Origin: Enoplolaimus lenunculus
Taxonomy: Eukaryota
DNA: 64,000 bases
Reading direction: 5' to 3'
NCBI GenBank assembly: GCA_030248215.1
Contig: JASANG010003930.1
Coordinates: forward strand, 124,001 to 188,000
Of this stretch, positions 38,941 to 51,882 are shown one piece after another. The first letter of the stretch is position 1. Each line of letters starts with the position of its first letter. The notes beneath the pieces were generated by a model. It saw nothing but the letters and a program-made list of their open reading frames with translations, did no database searches and was not told the origin of the DNA. The position numbers and the translations under genes were made by a program.

Positions 38941-39303
38941 AAAGATCAAATATGCCACCGCGGGAACGCAAAAATTAAAAAGCAACGCCTGAAAGGGTCT
39001 GAGAGACGGGGTGCAAGTGCACATATCATGCATGAATGATGATTAACCCCTTCTTACATTGAGATGCCTATAGGCAACTCAGCGCAGTGCATATACGTTA
39101 AACAGTATATATCGCACCGTGAAAAGATCAAATATGCCACTGCGGGAACGCAAAAATTAAAAAGCAACGCCTGAAAGGGTCTGAGAGACGGGGTGCAAGT
39201 GCACATATCATGCATGAATGATGATTAACCCCTTCTCACATTGAGTTGCCTATAGGCAACTCAGCGCAGTGCATATACGTTAAACAGTATATATCGCACC
39301 GTG
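38941..39303. repeat. Near-perfect tandem duplication, 2 x 182 bp
   Basis: Units start at 38941 and 39123 and differ at about 3 positions. Confidence 0.95.
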
Positions 39304-40794
39304 TTTAACAATTGCAACACGTATACTTAGTACTAAATCACCACAAGACGTGAGAGCCTCCTCGGGCTCGAACGTCAAGCTCCTATAGCTGAGTGGGGAG
39401 TTCGAATCCTAGCATAAAAGTAGGTCTCAGGGGAAATAGAAAATATTCACGAACAGTAGGTAAGAATCAAACCTACGTTAAAGCTTAAATCTGACGGTAA
39501 TTCCAAAACCTATGCATCAAACTCGAGCGAAAGCCTACGCGCCACGACTTTGTTTGGGACCGTTTGCACGAATGAACGAATGGCAAACAAAATGAGCTAA
39601 ACTCACACCAAATGTTAAACAATCATTTAGCTTCCCTCTGTCATTTGTTTTTGTATATACTCTAGTTAACGGACCAGCTGTTTTTATATAGCCTTAAAAA
39701 TTTCTAAACTCTCAAGATTTACACTGTTAACAATTACCAAAATCTGAACATAAACATTTGCAACGAAGATTTTCGGATAACATATTTCATTATAAGAAAT
39801 ATAACAAACATAATAGTGCGCATCACGTCTATTTCAAAACGCAAATTTCTGCATTGGATACATATTCAAATATCCATGACATTTTGAACATGGAAATCAA
39901 AAATAGAATACGGAAAAACCGAGAGATCAAACAGTGAAAAATGGAGTGAACATGTTTGTCTTTCGCGGTACTAACTTCAATGATACACGACACTCTGGAC
40001 AAGAGTATGCAACTTGGTACATTCTGTGCAGAAAAGAACGTAGCCAGCGCACGCTTAGTTTTGTCTATACCGCACGTGTTGTAACGAATCAAAATCGCCA
40101 ATGAACTATGTTAATGTATGTTGAAATCTATTAGCCATAAGCATGGTACAATTCTGTTTTAAATGGAGAAACAATTTAGTTTGCGTTTAAAAGTGACATT
40201 AACATGGACCCCCAAAAGTGAGATGAAGCAAGACTATTCACGCACAAGCGAAGGAAATCACCCGACAACGAAAATATTTGAATCAAAAATTTAAAAATCT
40301 CGAACAATAGCAAGTCATTCTCAAAAAAAGCGAAACAGAAAGTTGATGAAATTGACCAGGACAATGAAATCCCGGGTAAAATTCAAGAAGGGAACAAAAC
40401 TTTTTACTTTATACAGATGTATTTGGAGTTTTATGTAAACAGTTCTAAGTGTTTTATATGCAGATTACAAACCAGCTAATAGTTACTACTGGGTTGACTT
40501 ACCGGCACATTGAGATAAATCTAGAGCAAAAATCGAGATACTTCAAAAATACACGTAATGGGTCATCCGCGTTATAATGTCTAATCTATTGTAAAAAATC
40601 CACCTATTTGGCTGCAATGGCGGCACAAAACAATATTGTTCTTTTGATATTAGGGGTTAACAGCGAGTATACCAAGCTAGTGTGGATTGACGGTAGTCCC
40701 TTTGGAAAAAATAGGGACGATGTGGACACTGTTCGGACACAGTGGGTGACAATAGTACCTTCGGACAGACTCTGTATAATCACTATAGGTATCT

Positions 40795-41077
40795 ATGATA
40801 ATTCGTCGCCCGACAGCTTGTTAACCGACATTTCGTCATCCGAAAACTCGACAACCTCGACAACTTGTCGCCCCAACAACTCGTCGACCCCTACAACTTG
40901 TCGCCCGGACAACTTGTCGACCCCGACAGGGTCAACAAATTGTCGTACCTACTCGGATTCGATGTTGTCGGGTCCACGAGTTTATTTGGTCGACTAGTTG
41001 TCGGGCCACAAGTTGTCGTGGTCGACTTGCTGTCGGAGGCAAGGAGTCGTTGGGGCGACAAGTTGTCAGGTCGACCC
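40795..41077. repeat. Palindromic ~15-bp CGACAA/TTGTCG minisatellite-type element
   Basis: Repeated cgacaacttgtcg motifs switch orientation mid-element. A related terminus (gttgtcgggcggcgaattgtcgtg) lies at ~19470-19500. Confidence 0.8.
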
Positions 41078-41181
41078 ATGAACATTCTTCTGGAACCATA
41101 GCGAATAAAATTTCTCAGTCGGTGGCTACGCTCGCCCGCAAATCTTTTTATATAAGGTTGTACCAGGCGCGCATCCAGGAA

Positions 41182-41346
41182 CAGGCCCGTAGCCAGCTCA
41201 CCTTGCTGGGGTGTTAAAATTGTTTCAGGAGCGTACAAGGGTTTTGCAATTACTTACAAGCAAGGTTGAATATATTCTAGGGGCGGCATATTTTTTCCGG
41301 GGGAGACCTGAGCTCCCCTGTGTCTCCAACGGTGGCTACGGGTCCG
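41182..41346. mobile_element. hAT-type MITE with a perfect 8-bp TSD (TCCAGGAA)
   Basis: tccaggaa-caggcccgtagcca...tggctacgggtccg-tccaggaa. Relatives at ~13650-13769, ~33437-33598, ~33922-34085 and ~52400-52553. Confidence 0.88.
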
Positions 41347-44300
41347 TCCAGGAAGAGATGGACTCGCGGTTTTCAAATGCAAACGAAATTTGCAAAAAAT
41401 TCAAAACTGCATGCGTATGTTTCAAATGAAATAGTATTCCGAAACCACCAATAGCGTGCGGCATTTTCTAATTCGACATTATTGTTTTCTACATTGATAA
41501 TTAAGTGTAAATTATCGTTTAAAATAAAGTATACGAAAAATGTTTGCCACAATGCACAAAACAGAGTGCAACAAATATATATTTATAATTACTGAGCATG
41601 CAACGTTTAGAGAATAAAAGATGTTTTGTACGATTGAAATATTGCAAGGGTAAAGCAAGACTTTGCACGATGACTGCACCTTCCCAACAATACAAATTAG
41701 GCTTAGTCCGGAAAAGGTATATTGCAAAAAATATTAACGGTTTGGCAATATAATTGTGTAAACACTAACTTTTTAGCCAGTTTTCAAACATCGGCCCCAC
41801 CAGTCGAAATTTTCAGGTTCGCTACTGAAATATTGTGCAAGCGAAGTGTACTAAACTACAAAACAACATACATACATGCAGTCGTTCAATTAATACCATA
41901 CACAACGCGCATTCCAAGGCAAACTGCACGTATGAGATTATCAAACACTACTGCTGGGTGTCATATGAAATTAGATTTCAAGCTCTTTTGCCAATTTAAG
42001 AGCTTAGTTTTTATGGCGAAACTGTAGAAAAATATTGTTAAGTTTTTCGTTATTGTATGTTTGTGTCAACTATAATAATATATGATGCTACGCAAATCAC
42101 GGCAAAGAAATGTTAGCTGCCTTTAGTTCAAAGGAAGCCAGTAAGGTTGAAGATCCAGGTCGGATTTGAGGAGCGGATTCGCCATCGTTCGCGCAGTGCT
42201 AAAAATTTTGCAACGGATATTGTTAGTGAACTGTTTCGCATACTCGTTCAAACACTATGGGTGGTGTTATATTTGTTATACGGCGCGGTTCGGGCACGGG
42301 ACCGGACGGTGCACCATGGCATTAATATTTGTCAAAAAGTACAGCGCTACCAACATCCTCGTGGCTCCTATTCAATTTGCTTGATGTCATTGTTAGATGG
42401 TGTCACATCCTGTATTTTAATAATTTCCTATTTTACTGACAAGATGCATTTTTCAACGACGGGGCACCTGACCTTATACGCACTCAGTTAAGGGCCACGC
42501 TGAATAATGTTTCCCGCCCTAAATGAGTCTGACTTGTCGCTTGTTTCATTCAATTTCTTTCAGCGTTCAAATATAGTGTCACGCGAATATTAATAGTTTC
42601 ATATACTTTACAGGCCTTAGAATAACTACCAGGTAGTAAATGTCAAAGTTTTTTCTTCCTCGCCACAATTTCCCGCGATCAGAACAACAAAGCACACCGA
42701 CAGCTTCAGTCTAAACACAAGCTAAAAGCAACTTGCAACTAACCAGTGCCAAATGCAGTTATTCTTGTTGGTGATTCGCGATAGGCTAACCACTTTTCAA
42801 TGAACGTCCTACCGCATTTAGCAAATCAAATCTATTTTGGCAATAGTTACTCTAACATATGAAATTGGCCATAGGCATGAAACGAGGAGGTGCCGATTAC
42901 GTTGAATAGTTTATTTCCTAACATTTTAATTAAACAAACAGTGTACTGCGAAGAAATTGTAAATGGTTTACGTTTACAAAGTACTCATCTCTAGGTGAGC
43001 ATAAACACGGCCTCGAGATGTCTAAGACTTCAATAGGGGCTTTGTTTCAGCTCAGAACCTACTGAACAGCAACCTGAAGCCAGTGTCTGATCTCCAAGTG
43101 CGAATTAGCGGTTTTGTAAGTCATAAAAACAATCTGAGTAAACAAAATTATGTCAATAAATTGCACAACACTGAGTTCTGCAATTCGTATTTTGATGATG
43201 AGGATTGTTCAATAAATGCACAAAATCAGAACACAAACAGTTGGTCGCATCAATTAAAAACAACAATTTTTGCAGCCCGAAATCAACCAACACAAAATAT
43301 AAAATGAGAGCAGCAACTTGCTTCAAGCTTTGATTGGCTGATGCAGGTATCAATCTCTCAAAATCTTTGAAAATGAAAATTCATTCTTGTATAAAATCAG
43401 AGTGGAAAAGCTTTTATCAATGAAGGAATGGTACTTTATTATTATTTGATTGTAAAATTAGGGTTTTACAGCTACACTTCAAATTTGGCAATTACAATGC
43501 GTTGTTTTGAATAATGTAAAAGATATTGGTTGACTTGAATTATATTCAAAAATATAATGTTGCCAGTTGTTATTTCAAAATTAGTTATAAGTCACGTATA
43601 TATGTGGAATTAGTCATTGAAAATATGCGGTAATTTTTCGATATAAAATAAAAATTACGAAATTCATCCAAATCCTTAAAAATTACTATGCATCCGCCAT
43701 TTTTTTCTTTAAAATTTCTGAAAGACCGGTGAATATATGCGCGCCTCAACTGTGTTTGCAGAAAGAAACTTTAAAACTTCAATATCCGTTTTCCGTTTCC
43801 GTTATATTTTGATCACTATTCGTTTCCGTTTTCGTTATTTTTACTTTCCGTTTACACCCAGCTTAAAGCCCTTCACGAAAATTTTGCTGAATGAACATGA
43901 CGTTATAATTCAGTAGCCAAAAACCAAACACTAAGCTCTCGAAGATTCGGATCGAAATTATTGGATTCTGAAACCCTATTTGCCAGATAAAATACGTTGT
44001 CTTACTTCCCTTGATTGCAATTTCGCTGAAGCTGGATAGTCATCCCTGTAGGTAGTGGAATAGGCTGGAGGGAGAGAAACAATTTTGGGAATCGTATACA
44101 GTTGATTTCGCAAGAGTTGCAAGCGAGATAACGCCTGATATATTCGGTATGGCAACTATCCGTTGAACTAAACGTTTGTCTTGTATCAGAACCTTGAGCG
44201 ATAATGCAAGGTTATATTTAAAAACGTACTTTCAAAAGAAAGAATGCTTTAAAGTTTCGAACTCAACTGTATTTGGTGCTGGAGCATTTATACACTACAA

Positions 44301-47300
44301 TTTGGAATAATTGACATTTCTGGACTCTAAGTAGGGTTTAGGGCTCTATCCGCTTACGGACTCTTATTAGAGAGCCGAATTCCAATTGATTGCGACTCAA
44401 AATGGAAACTTCCTATTATTACTCCCTGTTATCCGTATCACTTCAGTAATGAAATAGTTTTGTCTTAACTGTCTTTACTTCCGTTGCTGCGTTTGTTTTT
44501 TTGTTCAGTCTCGAACACGTGGATCGGAAAACCTGTAATGTTACAAATAAGAAATAAACAGACTTCGTTGGTAATTGATTGGCTGGTATTAATCTTTCCT
44601 CTATATTTGCGTATGCGCAGCAATTGCGCAGCGTCAACTTTCTGCTGCACTTAAGAAATGCATGAAAAAACGCAAGCTAGGAATAGTATGCGATTGAAAT
44701 AGAAAACTCACCAGCAGGGTTAAACTCTTCTACGGAGCCAAAATTTTTTGTGACGGGGCTGAGCATCTGACCCAGGCCTCACAGTTAGTACGAATCCAGA
44801 AAACCATCATTTCAGGGACACAACTTGCCGGCAAATTCGGGCGGTTATTGATCACCTTTAATTTTAAATTTTGCAACATCGTTGAACAACCACAAAAACA
44901 TCGCTGTTCAAGTGGCTAAAAACTTTTGAAATGTTTCAAATATTTCTGTTTGACTGTATCAAAGTGTCGCATTAATTAAATCAGTAGCATCAAAGTTTTG
45001 CATTGACAGTAGCTATCACTTCAGTAGAGTCGACATTTTTGTAACTTTATTAGTGGTAGCGGTTCTGTATAACACTTTTACATGGGCCCTTTTCATTGAG
45101 ATCAAATTAAAACTGTGGCTAGTTTGCCATATTTGTTTGCAACCATGATTGTTAATACACGTACGGTTTTGACATAATCTCTAATCTGAAACAAGTTATT
45201 CGATTGAAAGCCAAATCTTTTATCGCAAGCAATACTATGCAAGAACAAACTAAAAGGTGGCACAGCGTTCGAAATTAATAGGAGGTACCCGCTTATTTCG
45301 TTCATGAGATATTTTCAATCATATATACAAATTCAGCAACTTACATCAGAATTTTTAAAGTCCAATCTGAGAGTAGTGTGTACTGAGTGTTGAGTTTTAA
45401 CAAATGTAGCAGATAAACTTCAGCAAAGGCGCCAAAAAACAGCTGGCTCCTCCAGTAAGTCGGCACCCACAACACCACTGATCCAAATTAATTATTGTTT
45501 AGCAATTGTTTGGCTTGAATTGCCACAGGGTCCATCTTTACACTCCTTCATATTAATATGCCTGTGATTGGCCGAATTTTTTGAACAGTAGAATACTATA
45601 TCGGACAGTGATTGGTCAATAGTTTTGTAGGACATTTTCATTGGCGTCAGCATTATTCAGTGTCTTCGAATGGCGTGATTTGCTGCGTGCCGGAATGAGA
45701 AACGTTTTGATTTTCCGAAAAACGAGTTAGGCGCCGTTGCTACGGCGGTGAGCCACTCCGACAATTCGTTCCGTGGTTAGTCATATTGGCGATATTCCTA
45801 AAAGGATGGCGTGGCTAAGGCGACATATATTAAATTTAAAGTTTTTGTGTGCCCTGCTACCTTCTTTTTACTGTTAATTACAATCGTGCGTCAGGTCTAA
45901 CCGACCATTTCATGTTTTATTGTTTAAAATGCTATCTCACACTTAAATTACATTCTAGCCTTGATCTTGGGTAAATTATTCATTTCAGAATATTACATTC
46001 AGTGTAATACCAAATATTGCCACGTTTCACATCGTAGTTTTGATATAAAATTTCCAGTTGGCTATGAAAATATTTCATCATTTTAGTAGACAAGTAATCG
46101 GTTAATAGAGTATTTCATGAAACCACTCTCCGCTGCCAAATCCATTTTCCATACACTCACTTGAAAAATTGTAAAATAAAACTTTTCATCTTGGTTTTAG
46201 TTCGTCCGATAGACGTGTAAAATTGTTTTTAAAAATAATCCCTGTCTAGAACTGTTAAGATCATACAAATCATGCTATTTATTTCGTATTTCCAATTTAC
46301 CAAAAATGTAAAACCTTGTCAACCTTACATGCGTGTAGGTGTTGGCTATTCAATTTGATTTAGACGAATTATTTTTGATTTTTTAAAATTACATATCGCT
46401 TATGATTTCAATATATTAAAGTTGAACGCAACATTGCCCTATCTATAGGATTTACGCTGTATTGTCACTAGTTAAGCCATTATCTAAATGAACAATATTA
46501 TTAATTTTTCATTGCCAGATACGTCATCTTATACGTTTTGTGCTACAATTTCTCACACCCACGTTGCTTGAAACAAATGGGTAAATTTTTAAGGTTCCTA
46601 CGGTATAAAAAACCTAAAAAATGAAAACCTGTATTGACCCACGGAAATTTTCTATTTGTGATTCTTAATACGAACTGGTATTCCAAACTGTTGTCGTATG
46701 CTCTCACACACATTTAAACAATAGAATTAACCGGTAATGGATAAAATTACCTGTGTATTCATTCTCTGACCAGGAGAAACTTATATATTATCTAAGTAGC
46801 GAAATTGACAATTATATATATACTCAAATTTCGAATTTTAACCTCTACTCGTTTACGGATTCTAATAAGGAATATATATACTCCTATTGATTAAGAGTCT
46901 GAATAGAGCACCGTACCCCGTCTCTTATTTCCATTCCTTATTACTCCGGACACTTCAGTAACGTTACAAACATAAGTCAAGCTTTACAGAAACCAAATCT
47001 AAATGCCTTTTGAGATGAAAAAACGACACCTACCTAGTCATGAGATACGCCAAAATTAGACACCAGGCATATAAGTGCAAAAGCGCACGAAAATTTCAAT
47101 TTAAACAATTCCCTGTAATGGACAGCACGGCACGCTCAATGGAAGTCCACATAGCATACTGGTTTGGTACAACAGCAATGATTATTTTTCAGTCTTCTTA
47201 AACCCGTTGAAATAAATGGTTATTTTGCAGCGAACACTGTATGGATTTCCATGTGCAATAAACTAAAAATTTTGTTACAGAAACCATTCTATAATGTTCA

Positions 47301-48667
47301 AAATATTTGACGAAATTGAATACGAGGAAGCAAAAACTATCCCAGATCCTGGAAATAAATTGAAGCTGTGCAGCAGCAGGCTACAACACCTTGCGCGATG
47401 AGCGAAACGTTATTGCAAAAGCTCGAATAAACTTCATTTAAATCAAAGAAAGGAGTAGGAGTGGATATATATTGCCTTCAGGCAATGCGTTCTAATGAGT
47501 CCCAAAGAGCTATTTTGCTAATAAACACAACCCAGTCGCAAATCCTGAAATTTTGGATGCAGGTGACTACGCGATATATGATACTGAAAAAAGTTCACAA
47601 GCGAAGCTAGATCCCTAACGCAACTTTAGTATATACTAAATAATGGTATGTACAATATATACGTTCGAACCCCTTGTCAGGGACTGGACTAAGCCTGGGT
47701 GGCCCCTCGTTTGCCAACCGTCAGTGACACAGCTGCTATTTAAGGGAAAGCATTCATCTGATGCTATTAATGAAAACAGTAGACCGTATAAAACCGCGTT
47801 CAGGTATATCATGTGGCAGTTTCTTATTTACAATCGCCTCCGTAGACTTAAAATTTGAAGCGTGGGTGTCGACTACGAAAATGACTCTTTTTCAATGATT
47901 TTCGATGCATTTACGATACTAAACTTAGTTCAAATCGCAAACTTTTCCATAGTGCAAGAAAGAGAGCGATAGAGGAATATATTATCTCCTCTTGAAATTC
48001 CTGAAGTGACACGAAAAAAACGCTTTCAACAGGCGTTGAAATAACTTTCTGGATACTATAAAGATTCAGGAATATACAATTGATTTTAATGCATAAAGTT
48101 ATACCCTGTCGAACTAAGATCTTGGTTCATCCGCCTGAAACAAATTTTGAGAATAAAATAAAGTTGCGATAAAGAACGCGACAGACGTTTATCGCGTGAT
48201 TAAACTTGAATAATTTAATTGCGTACCTACAATACGGACGTCAATAGCAAAAGTTAAAATGTCAGAATGAAAAGCTGTGTGTAGGTGAACATTTGAGTTT
48301 GTGGAGGCGTCTGGTCGATAAATTGGCGAAATTTAAATGAACATAATTGCAAGCCGCGTTTGAGCACTGAAGACACTTGGCAAATGCAGAAAAGTTCCAT
48401 TGGGTGCCGTGAACGCACTTCATATAAAGTAAAAACAAAAATTTGTCAAATATAAAAAGAAAAGGCCTTCTAGTCGAACAGAATTAGTCGAGTGTACACC
48501 AGTGAGTCCATATTAAATATTTTATATCTTCGTTCCTGCCGAAAACGGAATTAACCGAAACAGCACTCATCCATATCAGACAGCGTAGTTTTACGCAATG
48601 AATATCTATTTAAGCATTGCGTAACGCACCGAATGATACAAGCCAGAACTCTGTTTTTCTGCCGGAG

Positions 48668-48916
48668 CTACACTCAAAATAATATTTCTGATATTTAAGA
48701 AAAAATTTCTTGCATTTAAGAAATATAATTAGCAGGTGCACTTGAAAAGTATTTCTGTTATGACAGAAAAGTTTTCAAAAAAGTTTTGAAATAAAGTCTG
48801 AAAATAAACGTTTTCCAGTTACTTTAAGAAAAATTGTCTTACATATCAGAAAAACTTTTCAGATTTGAAACAGAGAATACTTTTCTAAATAAATTCAGAA
48901 ATAATTTTTGTGTGCA
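48668..48916. mobile_element. AT-rich palindromic MITE
   Basis: tacactcaaaataatatttctga... / ...tcagaaataatttttgtgtgca. Confidence 0.65.
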
Positions 48917-51681
48917 GGACCAGAGGCAGACCCCCGGTTGTACAATGCTGTTTGCGTCCTTTGGTTAAATTGCGTTTCTAACAAATTAAACGACGTGTAC
49001 CTGTAACAAAATGCTAGTGGCGAACGTTTAAACTGCATTGGTCATACGCGTATGTATTTAAAATCGAATTGCTGGGAAAACCGCCGAATAAGTAGTGGTA
49101 TTACAGGATAGAAAAATTCCATAACAAAATGAAGAAGTCACTCGTGAATTGTTTCCGTGAGAGAAGTAAAAATTCTCCAGTGATTTTTCCGTTGCGCGAA
49201 AATCCGCTGGCGGATTCTTTCCGGGAAGTAACAGCCGCGGGGAACATTGCCGCTGTTACACCGGATCTCACTAAATAGTAAAAAATATTCTTGTGAAAAA
49301 GGATTATTGCAATCTTGGTCCATGTATGGAACAGGGCCGAATCAATAGACTCATCCTTACTTTTAGGCTCAGGCTTAGGCTTACGCTTACGAATATGATT
49401 GTCATACTGCTACTGTTCTGGCAATGTTCTAAACATGGACCGTAATCTTAACTGTTACACTGAATTTTTATTTAATCAAACTCCAAAAATGCTAATTATA
49501 GGCAAAAGTTTTGAGTTGCAAACAACAACCTGTCATAGGCACTTGATAATTTTACAGAAACCGAGTCTTTTGAATCGATGCGCAGTCATCTATGCATAAT
49601 TGATTAATTTTGTTGAATGGCCTCAATTTTGTGCCGGTTTTCATTCAGTAAAACTAGCGACCAACTCTGTATAAAGTATATCTGTTTGTGTCAACACGTC
49701 ATTTTCAGATCACGTCGGGCAAAAGATACGCCCTCTTCGGAATCGTTCGTAGAAACGATAATAAATCAGTTTTATACGGTCAAAATCAACGTGGTGCATT
49801 GGACAGATCAAAATGATTTTTGATAGCTTGCAAAATCCTTCCTTGAAATGAAATACAATACCGAACTCAGATTCCATATTTCACAATATGTGCATGTTCA
49901 TTGCGTAAGTAATCCAATTTTCATTTTATTTGTTTGCTTTCGAGGGCGGTGGGAACCTGTTGTATGTAAGCCCTATTCATGCGTGCGAGTTTTTGCAGCG
50001 AGAACTTGCATTTTGCAGGTGTAGGTTTGCTAGGAAAACCTTGCATTTTACGAGCTTCTGCTCCGTTTGACGTGTATTAAAATATTGAAAATTTTTTAAG
50101 ACACTGTTTAGAGGCCATGTTTGCATCACTGGACCAAAATGGTTTTAAGCATCTAGAGTATTGATTGGCATCGCGGGCTGGTAATTGTTTTGAAGCGCAA
50201 TTTTCCACCAAAAAATTTTCTAAGGGAAACACATTGTAAGCTTTGGGACCTAACCATTTTTTTTTACAAAAAAATTTCTGAGGGGGAACATTGTAATGTA
50301 GAAACTTTACCATTTTGTCGCGAAAAAAGTTCTGACGGTGGGATAGCGTACGCTCGAGCGCGAGCCTCTGAATCCGCTAGCGTCTGCCTGCTTTCCCACA
50401 AGACCGCAATAGAGTAGGTAGGCTTAAATTTTAAACTAAGTTTTTTCTTAGGCTTAGGATTAAGCTATGTTTTAGAATTGTGTTTATTACGCTGAAGAGC
50501 TTTGAACCTGGGAATATGTCTTGGTGGTTACATTGCTAAAAGTAAATTATGTCCATATCTTCAGGACCAACTCAAGTCTTAATGTATTGGAACATAACGG
50601 CGATTTAGCTCCTCAACCATTTTGATGATTTGAATTGAATTTTAATTTTTTAAGATTTGAATATATACTTTCACTTTCTGTAATCTACGGACTACTGCAG
50701 ACCAAAAATGAATTTTCAACAGTTCAGAAATCAATAATTTTTTCATGTATATTACTGTATAAAAGTGACACGCTGAGTTAAATTGCTTTATTTTTTGCGT
50801 TTTATGACTGGTTTACAGCACCTAATTTACTATTAATATTTTAATTACTTTTGATTAAAAATAAAAACCAACATTATTCAGCTCTTTTTCCATCAAACGA
50901 ACGGAGCTGTTTATTGTCTACATGGAACAACTATAAGCCCAGATATACATGCTAACAGTTAGCACAAAGATTTTGTAAACGAAAGAAATATTTTAATTTT
51001 CTAATAGATTAAGGTGGTGCTATACTTGTCGCGCGGTGACATCCACTTAGAAAATTTTGTTTCAAACGTATAGCATCATCTTATGCCTACAAAATCTCAA
51101 ACCCAAAAAATGAAGCATGCGAACACTAAACTACATTTCATACACAAGGTTCACTGAGGGACTGAGCTTATGACAGTATCTAACAAGGTGCAAGAAAAGA
51201 AGTGTTTTCAAAAGCATACTGAATTATAAAAACTTTTCTGGCAGTAATCATGATTGGAGAAAAGACCAAAGTCAAACAGCTCAAAATTAACAGATAATAT
51301 ACACCAAAAACCATATGTAATGACAAAAATTGTCTAGAATTTAATTCAATAATCTGACTAAGGTTTGAATACAGAATTTCTTTTCGTCAGCTCTAGGTAC
51401 TTTAGTGCTGAAACAATGCAAATTATTCCAAAAAATTTTACACAATAGCGTTTCAAATTACCAGCGGATATCCGGATACATATTTCATTTCGAATTTTAT
51501 ATCCGAATATTTTGCATATCAAACGTATATTATTTAAGATATATGATTCACAAGTCCTGAATTTATTGATGTTATACAGGTGCGTTGCCAAAGGAAGGGA
51601 AGGGTCTTAGCCTCCTTATACATAATTCAAAATCGCTTGTATTCAAGCCTGCAGATATCAAATTACACAAGTATGGTCTAA

Positions 51682-51882
51682 ATTTTTGGAGGTCACGTTT
51701 GGTTTGGAGCTGCACAAGTGTCCATTTCGAGAAAGCACACAGATGCAACCGCAGATGATAAGTTACCTGCAAGACCTGTGGACCTTCTGACCCGCGACCC
51801 GTCTAAACGGTTACACGCGAATAATGCATTGCACTGTATGGATGCTTGCCGGCAGAATACGAGTCGACATATAATCGAATAA
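51682..51882 (+). pseudogene. Possible degenerate Ser/Thr kinase C-lobe fragment (CDK-like subdomains X-XI)
   Basis: Met-less open frame IFGGHVWFGAAQ...VDLLTRDPSKRLHANNALH resembles DLL...DP.KR..A..AL.H. No upstream kinase motifs were found. Confidence 0.3.

Noticed and set aside
39385..39412. tRNA gene suggested by TAGCTGAGTGG and GTTCGAATCC
   Set aside because: The boxes are only 3 nt apart; there is no anticodon arm or acceptor stem.
40608..41238. Overlapping 78-129 aa ORFs
   Set aside because: They arise from the stop-poor CGACAA/TTGTCG minisatellite and an adjacent MITE.
42485..42535. Pistol-ribozyme-like string ttaagggccacg...gccctaa
   Set aside because: The 5' strand of P1 cannot pair with CCACG and the 3' P3/P2 elements are absent. 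It is more likely a transposon end or chance.
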